Assembly: GCA_001774495.1 (NCBI GenBank)
Contig: MFAE01000006.1
Location: 69,356 to 133,355 of the forward strand
Length of the DNA stretch: 64,000 nucleotides
Reading direction: 5' to 3'
Source of the DNA: Candidatus Campbellbacteria bacterium RIFOXYC2_FULL_35_25
GTDB lineage: Bacteria > Patescibacteriota > Minisyncoccia > Phycocordibacterales > UBA12079
Shown here: positions 16,270-25,242 of the stretch, piece by piece
Position numbering within the stretch: position 1 is the stretch's first letter
Layout of the letters: every line of letters starts with the position of its first letter
The notes under the pieces: model-generated
The model's input: the letters and a program-made list of their open reading frames with translations, nothing else
Told to the model about the DNA's origin: nothing
Databases searched by the model: none
Made by a program: the position numbers and the translations under genes

Positions 16270-16845
16270 TTAACTTTTTAGTTTTAGAATCGTTAGATCA
16301 AATTTCCCATCCCAACTATCCAAAGGAGCCAGGCCTTCCTCCATTACTTCTATTTCTTTCTTTTCAATAGAAACCCTGTCTATATACAACTTGTATGGCA
16401 GGAGTTCAAGAAATTTGAGAAAATAAACTATATCTGAATAGCTTCCATTGACATCTAAGTTTAATTTCATGTTCTCAATTAAGCTCGCATTATTTTTTTC
16501 ATCTAAATTTTGGTTTGATAATAAAATAGACTTTACATCTAAAGAGAGGTTAGAATATTTAGCTAAATATTCTATTTTTTCTATAAACTGAACAACACCA
16601 AAACTATTGTTTTGAATAAAGAAAGTATCCAATTTATTTCTTTCCCCTTCGGTATTTGCCAAATTATCTAAAACCGCCTCAAACTTTTTTTCTTTTGTAG
16701 TCTGACTCTTTATGTCCCCCAACGAAGACAGAGCAAACTCATTCTTTTTTTTGATTTCCAAAAACAGAAAAGTGTAAGCAGCCAGAGCTACAACATTCAA
16801 AAAAAGAATAGTGAGAAATATTTTTTTAGGAAATGATTTATTCAT
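16270..16845 (-). CDS. pilO: type IV pilus assembly protein PilO-like
   Basis: N-terminal TM plus a periplasmic domain, positioned after pilM and pilN. Confidence 0.5.
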   Translation of the reverse strand: MNKSFPKKIFLTILFLNVVALAAYTFLFLEIKKKNEFALSSLGDIKSQTTKEKKFEAVLDNLANTEGERNKLDTFFIQNNSFGVVQFIEKIEYLAKYSNLSLDVKSILLSNQNLDEKNNASLIENMKLNLDVNGSYSDIVYFLKFLELLPYKLYIDRVSIEKKEIEVMEEGLAPLDSWDGKFDLTILKLKS

Positions 16846-17398
16846 AATTAGCCTTAACTAAAATTTTTAAAGAAAAATCAACTTCATCATCTTTTACCAA
16901 ACTAGACACGGGAAAATCTATCTCAACAAAATTGTTATTTTCCTTGAGCAGGTTAACAAAATCAATCAAAGTGCTTCTTTTTTGAGCTACGCCGTTGACG
17001 ACCAATGTTATGCTACCTTTCTCTGTCTTTGATTCATCTTTTTTCTCGTAAAAAAAACTTCTTATTTCAACATTTTCTGGCTTGGTAACAACTATTTCAT
17101 TTATTATTTCGCTAGCATCAATTTCATTCTTTTTATTCAATAAATCCAATTTTATTTTTTCATTTATTAAAATATTTCGGTAAAAATCTTCGTCTTTTTC
17201 TCCGTTGGCCTTTTGTAATAAGGATATTTTTGTGATAGCGTCAGATTCTTTAAAATTAGATAAAAAGTAAGAAGGCATTAATAAAATGAAAGCAACACAA
17301 ATTGAAAAAAAGGAAAAAAAGAAAAAAACTATTATTAATCTTAAAATAAATTCGTAAAAAATAGTCTTCTTTTTTTCTTCTGGTAGTAAATTAATCAT
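16838..17398 (-). CDS. pilN: type IV pilus assembly protein PilN
   Basis: N-terminal MINLLP motif followed by a TM segment; overlaps the pilM stop. Confidence 0.6.
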   Translation of the reverse strand: MINLLPEEKKKTIFYEFILRLIIVFFFFSFFSICVAFILLMPSYFLSNFKESDAITKISLLQKANGEKDEDFYRNILINEKIKLDLLNKKNEIDASEIINEIVVTKPENVEIRSFFYEKKDESKTEKGSITLVVNGVAQKRSTLIDFVNLLKENNNFVEIDFPVSSLVKDDEVDFSLKILVKANYE

Positions 17399-17399
17399 T

Positions 17400-18521
17400 T
17401 TATCTAATTTTCGGAGGGTACAAAAAAATCCTCTCATCGGTCCTCATAGCCAAACCTATGGATGGGGCATATTCTAAAGAATCTTCAAAACTTATCTCTG
17501 GGACAATATCGTCAAAAGAAAAAAGATTTCCCCAAACATTCGCTTTTTCAACACTTAGCCCAATACTCAAAGAAAGATAATCATCCAAACCCCTCAAAGA
17601 ACCTCCGGACCCACACAAAATTATCTCCTGAACTTTGTTTAAAATTTTTCCTCCCCTTACATTATCACGGTGGGTATGCCAATAAATTAAATACTTATTT
17701 ATTTCATCTTTAAGAACTGTTAAAGGGGCAACCGCTGAATAAAGAAAATTCTCTTCTTTTTTTATTTTTTCTGAACCTTGTCCCTTTTTTGTTTTTTGAG
17801 CCTCTTCCAAGGAAGCCCCTGAATAATTTTCAATAGCGTTACTTAAATCATTTTCGTCAATATCTAGTGTTGCTGTAAATCTAACAACCCCAGACTTAAC
17901 AATTGATAACCCCGCTCTTCGTCTTCTCAAGTCAACAACCATAAATGTTTCATTACTTTTTGAACTCACGACAGCTCTTGCTACAGCTTGGGCCTCAACC
18001 TCAAAAGAAAGTGGCTTTAGACCGGCTTTTTCGAAAACTACAATAAATTGTTCCACGATATTTTTAGGCAGAGCTGAAACCACAATATCTAAATCATGAA
18101 GATTTATTTTAGTAACGTCAAAATCAAAAATTGTTTCTTCAGATTTAATGGGAACATTTTCTTCCATCTTAAAACCTAAACTCCCCCGTATCTCCCCAGC
18201 GCTCATATTCTCTTTCTTAGTGATAGTCGTTTTGAAAATATAAGAGTTTCTTTCTGTTAAAGAGGCTCTTATAAAATTAAATTTATGTTCTTTTTTTATT
18301 GATTTAAGAATTTCTACCAATTTCTCTTCATTCTTTACTTCCCCAGAAACAACGACGTCCTCAGGCAACGGAACTTTTCCAAATTTTCCCAAAATTTTAT
18401 TGCATCCGTCATCAACAATCTCTACAAACCTAATATACTCATCAGAAATATCAATACCAACCGATGGCATTTTTAAAAAATTCGGAGTAGGGAAACAATT
18501 TAAAAACCAATTTTTCTTCAT
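17400..18521 (-). CDS. pilM: type IV pilus assembly protein PilM (actin-like ATPase fold)
   Basis: GIDISDEYIRFVE N-terminus, 373 aa, upstream of pilN/pilO. Confidence 0.75.
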   Translation of the reverse strand: MKKNWFLNCFPTPNFLKMPSVGIDISDEYIRFVEIVDDGCNKILGKFGKVPLPEDVVVSGEVKNEEKLVEILKSIKKEHKFNFIRASLTERNSYIFKTTITKKENMSAGEIRGSLGFKMEENVPIKSEETIFDFDVTKINLHDLDIVVSALPKNIVEQFIVVFEKAGLKPLSFEVEAQAVARAVVSSKSNETFMVVDLRRRRAGLSIVKSGVVRFTATLDIDENDLSNAIENYSGASLEEAQKTKKGQGSEKIKKEENFLYSAVAPLTVLKDEINKYLIYWHTHRDNVRGGKILNKVQEIILCGSGGSLRGLDDYLSLSIGLSVEKANVWGNLFSFDDIVPEISFEDSLEYAPSIGLAMRTDERIFLYPPKIR

Positions 18522-18574
18522 TAGTAGATATTATAACCTGTTTTTCAAAAAAAATATTGTGGATTTGTGTAGTA

Positions 18575-19165
18575 TTAAACAAGAACAAACCAAGCCACAA
18601 TAAGAACAACGATTATTATCGAAACAACATTAAAGTATTTAAAGAAATAATTAGTTAATTTTTCTCCATATTTCTTCATAACAAAACCAACAGTAAAAAA
18701 TCTCATCCCCCTTCCCAAAAGAGATGCCACCATAAAGTTAATAAAATTAATCTTGAAAAAACCAGCAGAAATAGTGAATATTTTATAAGGAACAGGAGTA
18801 AAAGCAGAAACAAAAACTGCCCAAAAAGCATTATCCGCAAACTTCTCAGAAACATACGCCATTTGACTTTGAAGATTATATAGAGAAATTAAATGCTCCC
18901 CGACGACATCGAAAAACAAAAAGCCTATCAAATAACCAAGAATTCCGCCCAAAACAGAGAAAACGGTTGTAAGAGATGAATAATAAATCCATCTCCTAGC
19001 ATTAGCTCCTAAAATTGCTATAAGTAAAACATCAGGGGGGATTAAAAAGAAAGAAGCTTCAGAAAAAGAAAAGGTGGCAAGCCAAAATTCCGCTTTTTTC
19101 CCATGAAGACGCGATACAGACCAGTTTGTAATTTTAATTTTTAATTCGTTAATTAAGTTTTTCAT
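18575..19165 (-). CDS. DedA/YqaA-family membrane protein
   Basis: FSEASFFLIPPDVLL motif and multiple TM segments. Confidence 0.65.
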   Translation of the reverse strand: MKNLINELKIKITNWSVSRLHGKKAEFWLATFSFSEASFFLIPPDVLLIAILGANARRWIYYSSLTTVFSVLGGILGYLIGFLFFDVVGEHLISLYNLQSQMAYVSEKFADNAFWAVFVSAFTPVPYKIFTISAGFFKINFINFMVASLLGRGMRFFTVGFVMKKYGEKLTNYFFKYFNVVSIIIVVLIVAWFVLV

Positions 19166-19209
19166 TTTCTAAAAAAGTTCTTAAACCAGATTCATTCTAC
19201 CTAAAGGTA

Positions 19210-19536
19210 TTATTTAACCACTGACCCATTCCCCATTTCCTTGTTGGGCTCAAGCGTGGTTAGGTCTTTACCATCCGAGACATACAAAATCATTCCCTGG
19301 CTCTCATAACCCATAATTTTCCTTGGCTCAAGATTCATCAAAACGGGAATCTTTTTCCCGATAAGAGCTTCTGGGCTATCAAAATATTCAGCTACACCAG
19401 AAACAATTTGTCTCTCCACTTTCTCCCCCACATCAACCTTACAAAGAAAAAGCCTGTCGGACTTTTCAACTTTTTCGGCTGATTTTATTTCTCCAATTCT
19501 TATATCTATTTTTGCAAAATCATCAAAATTTATCAT
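19210..19536 (-). CDS. tRNA-binding protein (CsaA/Trbp111, Myf domain)
   Basis: 108 aa OB-fold tRNA-binding domain pattern (DIRIGEIKSAEKVEKSDRLFLCKVDVGE). Confidence 0.7.
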   Translation of the reverse strand: MINFDDFAKIDIRIGEIKSAEKVEKSDRLFLCKVDVGEKVERQIVSGVAEYFDSPEALIGKKIPVLMNLEPRKIMGYESQGMILYVSDGKDLTTLEPNKEMGNGSVVK

Positions 19537-19698
19537 AATAAATGTAAAGTTAAAATCTCAAAATGAAAAATGACAATAAAAAATCTTAAAATCTTACGAA
19601 AATTTCTTCTCGAAATTTTCGTTATTATTTTATATTTTACACTGTTATTTTTCATTTTGAGATTTACATTTTAATTAGTAAAGCTATTCTTTTTACCC

Positions 19699-20136
19699 TT
19701 AACTGTCTCCCATAGTAGCATCCAAGTAACTACGCAAAATCAATGCTGCAGCGGAGGCGTCGTTCTTTTTTAAAGAAACTGTTTTCTCTTTTCTTTCGCC
19801 CTTTCTAATGTTTCTCAAATTTTGTCCCTGAGTTCTTTCCGCTTCTGCACTCGTAAATAATTCCTTTTGAAAATAAGTTGGTAAAGTAGTTTCTTTTTCT
19901 AATTTTTCTTTAAAGGAAATTATTTGTTTCATTATGGGGTTTAGTTCTCCTTTAAAATTTAAAGATTCGCCAATAACAATCCCCCCCACTTTTTCTTCTT
20001 CACAAATTTGTTTTATTTTGCTAAACAAATTTTCGTCATTGTCTAAAACGACTTTCGGGAAAGCCATTTTACCACCCTCATCAGAGATAGCAATGCCAAC
20101 ATTTTTTAACCCATAGTCTATTCCTAAATATTTCAT
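19699..20136 (-). CDS. ruvX: Holliday-junction resolvase-like YqgF/RuvX
   Basis: MKYLGIDYGLKNVGIAISDE N-terminus is typical of YqgF. Confidence 0.8.
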   Translation of the reverse strand: MKYLGIDYGLKNVGIAISDEGGKMAFPKVVLDNDENLFSKIKQICEEEKVGGIVIGESLNFKGELNPIMKQIISFKEKLEKETTLPTYFQKELFTSAEAERTQGQNLRNIRKGERKEKTVSLKKNDASAAALILRSYLDATMGDS

Positions 20137-20145
20137 AATTACTTA

Positions 20146-20652
20146 CTATAATTTATTTTCTAAGTTTTTTAAAATAAATTCGACGCTATCTTTTATGTCA
20201 TTGTTATTATCAACAAACACCTCTTCTTCATTTTTTATTTTATCCAAACTATTTTGCAAACTTTTAAAATCTTCGATTGTATTTTTTATTTTTCTTTCTC
20301 TTTGATGCTCAGTCTCCAAAAGTTTTTCGAAATCTCGTTGTATATAAAACCAGAAAATTTCAATGTTACTTTCTTTACAAAAACTTTTTACCCTTCCAAC
20401 AAATTCTTTGTTATCAAAAAGCTCATCAACAACAACTAATTTTTCCTTTTGGTCAAAATATCTCTCAATTTCCTCAGTTATTTTATCATAACTATACAGA
20501 TAAACCTCTTCATTTTTGAAATCAGAATTGGCTATCATGAACTCTCTCTTAAAAGAATCGCCATAAATAACCTGACTATTTAATTTATTAGATAATTCTT
20601 CTGCTATTGTTGATTTACCACAACCAGGTAGACCTCTCAAAATAACTAGTTT
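20146..20652 (-). CDS. P-loop kinase resembling the T4 polynucleotide kinase (Pnk) kinase domain
   Basis: VILRGLPGCGKST compared with T4 Pnk ILTIGCPGSGKST. Start taken at the internal Met of the track ORF. Confidence 0.5.
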   Translation of the reverse strand, partial: KLVILRGLPGCGKSTIAEELSNKLNSQVIYGDSFKREFMIANSDFKNEEVYLYSYDKITEEIERYFDQKEKLVVVDELFDNKEFVGRVKSFCKESNIEIFWFYIQRDFEKLLETEHQRERKIKNTIEDFKSLQNSLDKIKNEEEVFVDNNNDIKDSVEFILKNLENKL

Positions 20653-20707
20653 CATAATTAAAATTGTATCACAAGAATTAAAGAAGGGAGCGACAAAAGT
20701 CGCTCCC

Positions 20708-21052
20708 TTAGGCGGTGGGATTGACGGACTTGTCATCAACAAGAACGTCAAATTTCATTTTTCCAAATTGAAGTGAATGGTATTTCACTCCATACTTCTC
20801 AAGCAGAGAAGTGGTTTCGAAAAAATCTTCTACCCTCCTCGAGGTGTACAGGACTATAGCCAAAGAGTCATCCTTGAACAACTCGTTCACTACAGCGATG
20901 TTGTCCCAAATAGGTTTAGGTTCTTCGTCCGAATCCATTGGAACAAAATCCCAAAGAGTTTCATCTAAATCAAAAGCAATAACGTATTTATTTCTTTTTA
21001 CTTTTGATTTTTCAATCTGCTCTCTAATGGAGAGCAACAATTTTGTATTCAT
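20708..21052 (-). CDS. HAD phosphatase resembling the T4 Pnk 3'-phosphatase domain
   Basis: VIAFDLDETLWDF (DxDxT motif I) plus motif II (T), III (K) and IV (DD); 114 aa. Confidence 0.5.
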   Translation of the reverse strand: MNTKLLLSIREQIEKSKVKRNKYVIAFDLDETLWDFVPMDSDEEPKPIWDNIAVVNELFKDDSLAIVLYTSRRVEDFFETTSLLEKYGVKYHSLQFGKMKFDVLVDDKSVNPTA

Positions 21053-21147
21053 TCTGCTCCCCCTTAGATTTTTTCAATGTTTTGGAATCGAGCAAACCTC
21101 AACTCCACTTTATATATTATAGTATAAATAATAGCAAAAGTCAATGA

Positions 21148-22389
21148 CTAGAACACTAGTAAATTAGGGGCGAAAATGAGTAAAGCTCCTAAAATTATCA
21201 TGAGAACCCCTCCTACTAGAGATGAAAGATTTGAGTACTTCTGCCCTACTGTGTAGAACTTATCAAAGCCATATAATGCCAATCCAAAGACCACAAAATC
21301 ATCAACCATGTAAAATAGAGTGTAGATTAAGATATAAAATTGCTGAGAGAGAGTACTTAGATTATTTATCTCCAAAATTTTTGTAAAAGCTTGGGGAATA
21401 CCAATAGAACAAGCAAACTCGATAATATTAACAGAAAACGCTACCCCCATAATCCCGAGTGCGGTCAAAATTGTTAAAGGAGAACTGATTAAATTTTTTA
21501 TCTTATTCTCAGTTTTAGATTTACTCTGATAATCAGTAACATCACAAACTAATTCATTCCTGTGTTTAAAATATCTTTGTAAAAAATATATTCCCCCTCC
21601 GATTGCCAAAATACCCACTGCCGGAGTTACGATTCTGTCTAACCCAACAAAATCCCAAGCTCCAAACCAAAAATTTAGAATCAACCAATACATTATCGTT
21701 TCAGCAAAAATAAACAAGCCGGCAACTTGTAACATCTTCTTCTTGTTTCCTATCTGCCAAAGAATTAACAGAAATGTTAGCAACACCCACATTGCACACG
21801 GGTTAAAGCCGTCTATGAATCCAAGGATTACCGACATCGAAAACAAAGAAAAGTCTTTCAAATCAATTACACCAAAGAAAGGAACTTTTATTTCTGTATT
21901 TTCTTGAACAGAAACGGAACAAGTGACGGAATTTTCTGTATCACAAACAGCACTAGAAGTAGACAAGTTTCTGTCTCCTTCTAAGTAATCCTCAATCGTT
22001 AGATTAGCTTTTCCTTTATGAGCTTCGATTGCAGATAAAATATCCTTTCCTGTAACTTCCGCAGAATTAAAACCTTGAATTATTGAGTCCCCCACAAGGG
22101 TAATAGGGGTCGCTTTAGTTAAATTATATTTTTCTGTAAGAAGAGTAAATTGTTCTTTTGTTTTTTTATCAGTTACATCCAATTTGATTAAATTGAAATC
22201 CATCCCTTCTGAAATTTGAGCATCCAAAAAACTTTCCTCTAACTGGCAAAAAGTGCAGTCTTCTCTCCCAAATACATAGACATTCACTTTCTCCTCTGCA
22301 AAAGTTACAGGAAAAATACTCACAAAAACAAAAAAAGAAACAAGGAAAATTTTAAAAAAATTACTCATATATAGGGAAAAGGATACCAT
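21148..22389 (-). CDS. thiol-disulfide oxidoreductase membrane protein (thioredoxin/glutaredoxin-like CxxC domain fused to a DsbD/CcdA-like TM domain)
   Basis: Signal peptide, CTFC redox motif and a GFNPCAMW membrane motif. The upstream part of the track ORF overlaps a terminator hairpin and is excluded. Confidence 0.5.
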   Translation of the reverse strand: MVSFSLYMSNFFKIFLVSFFVFVSIFPVTFAEEKVNVYVFGREDCTFCQLEESFLDAQISEGMDFNLIKLDVTDKKTKEQFTLLTEKYNLTKATPITLVGDSIIQGFNSAEVTGKDILSAIEAHKGKANLTIEDYLEGDRNLSTSSAVCDTENSVTCSVSVQENTEIKVPFFGVIDLKDFSLFSMSVILGFIDGFNPCAMWVLLTFLLILWQIGNKKKMLQVAGLFIFAETIMYWLILNFWFGAWDFVGLDRIVTPAVGILAIGGGIYFLQRYFKHRNELVCDVTDYQSKSKTENKIKNLISSPLTILTALGIMGVAFSVNIIEFACSIGIPQAFTKILEINNLSTLSQQFYILIYTLFYMVDDFVVFGLALYGFDKFYTVGQKYSNLSSLVGGVLMIILGALLIFAPNLLVF

Positions 22390-22638
22390 AAAATAAAGAA
22401 ACGGAGAAACATAAAAACAGCCCCGACAAGTCGGGGCTTCTTCCACAAAAATTTCAGAAACGAAGAGTACTGGCGGCAGCTCTTTTATTGGCTTTTTCCA
22501 TTTTCCGGAGAAACAACAAAACCTGCCGATGAACCTTCTGCCTTAAGAACCAGAGATCTAGCCTAGCCAAAAAATTATCTAGCTCCCCTTGCTTCTCCTT
22601 CATGGTTGGAAAAAAAATCACCATTCCCTTTGCTTTCA

Positions 22639-22902
22639 TTAGGAAACCTCCTGTCCGATAGTATTCGAGGTTATATAACACTCTTGGCAAAAAGGACCTA
22701 CGTTTTTTTCTTCCCCGCAACCAGGACACTGAGGACAACCGCATCTTTCCTTTGTGGTTATGTAATTGCACTCCAGAATTCCTTTAATAATTTTTTTACA
22801 ACCCCTGCCAATGCAGGGTTGCTCTTTAAACAGATCTTGGGGAATTGAAGGTTTAGCCTTACCCCCTTTGTCCGTTTTCATAAAAGGTCCTCCTCTTGTC
22901 AC
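22639..22902 (-). CDS. Cys-rich small protein (possible zinc-binding), in a GC-rich islet
   Basis: CxxxGC...C...CGCPQCPGCG...CxxC. A possible frameshifted continuation reads into 22454-22650. Confidence 0.3.
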   Translation of the reverse strand: MTRGGPFMKTDKGGKAKPSIPQDLFKEQPCIGRGCKKIIKGILECNYITTKERCGCPQCPGCGEEKNVGPFCQECYITSNTIGQEVS

Positions 22903-22990
22903 TAGAAACCTCTTGGCCTAGCAGACTTCCACAAAAGAAATCTGCTAGACCCTCTCGTAGAATTTCTGTTCTCTTTCCTTTTTGATCACT

Positions 22991-23242
22991 TTATTTGAGA
23001 AACGAATCGGGGACAAAAGCCCTTATCCCTCTGACATTCACAGCAATCCATCGCCCTCCTGAATTTCGGCAAAACCTTTCAACCCCACTTGAGGGTGATT
23101 CCTTTGTGTATCTCTGCCATACTTCAAAATTGGTGTCACAGGGATAGAAAAAATCACTTGAAGAGTCATGTTTTACCTCTTGGGCAATACTTGATATGCT
23201 AATCAAAACAAAAAACAAAGCCCATAATATTTTTTTCGCCAT
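22991..23242 (-). CDS. small secreted Cys-containing protein (paralog 1)
   Basis: Signal peptide; PCDTNFEVWQRY...ERFCRNSGGRWIAV. Paralogous to the downstream gene. Confidence 0.4.
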   Translation of the reverse strand: MAKKILWALFFVLISISSIAQEVKHDSSSDFFYPCDTNFEVWQRYTKESPSSGVERFCRNSGGRWIAVNVRGIRAFVPDSFLK

Positions 23243-23263
23243 AAAGACTTCCTCCTCTCATAA

Positions 23264-23605
23264 TCAGAAACTTATGCGCCATGGGGCAGGAGAGATTTGG
23301 TCCCCCGGTGGAATTTCCACGCGTTTCTCTGTTTTGCCCTTTGGTTTAGGTAATGAATAGGAAACGAAAGCTTTCATGTAACCAGTGCTAATGGCCACCC
23401 AGGGTCCCTTGGGATGCTGGCAAAACCTTTCCGAGGTACTTCCACTAAGGGTTTCATAGATATACCTTTGGCCTGCCTTAAACTGAGTGTTACAAGGTGA
23501 CGGAAAAGGTTTCTCTGGTAACTGATACTTCCTTGCTCCTCCATAGCAAATTGATGCGCAGAAAAAGACAAAAAACAGAGACACTGTGATTATTTTTACT
23601 TTCAT
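23264..23605 (-). CDS. small secreted Cys-containing protein (paralog 2)
   Basis: Signal peptide; PCNTQFKAGQRY...ERFCQHPKGPWVAI. Confidence 0.4.
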   Translation of the reverse strand: MKVKIITVSLFFVFFCASICYGGARKYQLPEKPFPSPCNTQFKAGQRYIYETLSGSTSERFCQHPKGPWVAISTGYMKAFVSYSLPKPKGKTEKRVEIPPGDQISPAPWRISF

Positions 23606-23726
23606 GGAAACCCTCCTTTTTTTGAAGAATTCTTAGCAAAAAACTATCCTAATTCAAGGTTAGCAAACTTTCCATAAAAAAGAAAGGTTCGTTGAATCTA
23701 AACCTTTCTATTGATATACTCTACTT

Positions 23727-23951
23727 ATGCAAATACAACAAATACAAGCTTTGCAAGAAACAAACCCAGAGCTATTTATTTTAATAATTATTTTAATCGC
23801 TCTCTGGGTTCTTCCTTGGAAGGGTTATGCTTTATGGAGAGCTTCAAAAAATGGCCACTCAAAATGGTTTGTTGCTATTTTTCTTATAAACACAATGGCA
23901 ATCTTAGACATCATCTACATATTCTTTGTTGATAAAAAGAAAAGAAAATAA
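23727..23951 (+). CDS. small membrane protein (2 TM)
   Basis: Two hydrophobic helices and a C-terminal KKKRK. Confidence 0.3.
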   Translation: MQIQQIQALQETNPELFILIIILIALWVLPWKGYALWRASKNGHSKWFVAIFLINTMAILDIIYIFFVDKKKRK

Positions 23952-23958
23952 ACTTAAA

Positions 23959-24405
23959 ATGAAAGCTAAAATTATATTTATAATTGCTCTCTTAATTGCG
24001 ACCTCTCTTTTATATTTATTTGGGATTTTTAATAAAAAAGATTCAAATCAATTTGATACAGCTGTAATAAATAATTCTTCATTTAGAATATCTATTGCCG
24101 ACACAGCATTAGAGAGAGCCAGGGGTCTTTCTAATAAAATTTCACTACCAAAAGAAGAAGGGTTGCTTTTCGTCTTTAACGAAATTGGTGTCTACCATTT
24201 TTGGATGAAAGATATGAATTTCCCGATTGATATAATTTGGATAGGAGAAGACTACAAAATTGTTTATATAAAAGAAAATGCCCTTCCCGAATCTTATCCC
24301 GAAAAATTTAACCCCAACCAGCCGGCTTTGTATGTTCTGGAAATAAACGCAGGGATGGTTTCAGAAAACGAAATAAAAATAGAGGATTTTGTTTTTTTGG
24401 AGTAA
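23959..24405 (+). CDS. DUF192-domain protein
   Basis: N-terminal TM, then GLLFVF...FWMKDMNFPIDIIWI...YVLEINAG, the DUF192 signature. Confidence 0.55.
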   Translation: MKAKIIFIIALLIATSLLYLFGIFNKKDSNQFDTAVINNSSFRISIADTALERARGLSNKISLPKEEGLLFVFNEIGVYHFWMKDMNFPIDIIWIGEDYKIVYIKENALPESYPEKFNPNQPALYVLEINAGMVSENEIKIEDFVFLE

Positions 24406-24543
24406 GCTTGGTTTTTAAATATTTCGTTTAAGAAAAAACTCTTTGCAGGTACTAAAAATCAAACGTATTAAAAATAAAACGCTTTTAATTTCACTCTGGT
24501 AATTTCAATTTTGAAACAACATCCTTCCTTAACTAAATTCGAG

Positions 24544-25155
24544 CTATTCTTTGTCAGTAAGTATGACAAGTCGCTCGGAATGGGTTTTTTCCACCTGATT
24601 CCAATCTCCCATGCAAGTTATGAGGTTAAGGTGCGCCTTGCCATCGTCTGATTCAAACACACCCAATGCCACATCATCTTTGTCATAGATTCGGATTTCA
24701 CGCACAATAAAAGTGGTGGTCACCCCTTTTTCATCTTCAACAGATATCCTTTCCCCTTCTCTTAATTTGTGTAAATTATCGAATACCGCCGGTATGTTAT
24801 TTTTCCAACCGTAGTGTCCGTTAATAACAGCACTGCCACTTTCACCAGGGCGCGGTCCAAGATTAAACCATGCTACATCAGTAGGGTCTTTTGGTACATC
24901 CATTGCTCCGTCGGACGTAAGCCCCACAGAAATAACCGCTGAATCAACTCCAATCGCCGGAATCTTAAGACGCACCGGTAGTCCAACGCTTGCGTATTCT
25001 TGATTTGGAAGAGTGGCAACATTTTCAATGAGCAATGCCGAACTACCTTGAATTGGGTTTTTTAGAATAAAATTAAAAAGAAGTATTGCAAAAAGAATGA
25101 ACCCTAAAAGGATAATACCCAACAACATTCGTTTTGATAAGATTTTTGATTGCAT
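24544..25155 (-). CDS. sortase (class E/F-like)
   Basis: N-terminal TM, conserved His (VINGHYG) and the catalytic LITCMG cysteine motif. Confidence 0.75.
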   Translation of the reverse strand: MQSKILSKRMLLGIILLGFILFAILLFNFILKNPIQGSSALLIENVATLPNQEYASVGLPVRLKIPAIGVDSAVISVGLTSDGAMDVPKDPTDVAWFNLGPRPGESGSAVINGHYGWKNNIPAVFDNLHKLREGERISVEDEKGVTTTFIVREIRIYDKDDVALGVFESDDGKAHLNLITCMGDWNQVEKTHSERLVILTDKE

Positions 25156-25242
25156 AAATTTTGTAAAAAGTTTTTAAACACAAATGCCAAACAAAAATTT
25201 GTTTGGCATTTGCTTGCTAATAATTTTCCTTGATAATTAAGA

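Noticed and set aside
22454-22771. 105-aa ORF as a confident gene
   Set aside because: It overlaps the 87-aa Cys-rich ORF in another frame and has no recognisable motif. It is retained only as a possible frameshifted continuation.
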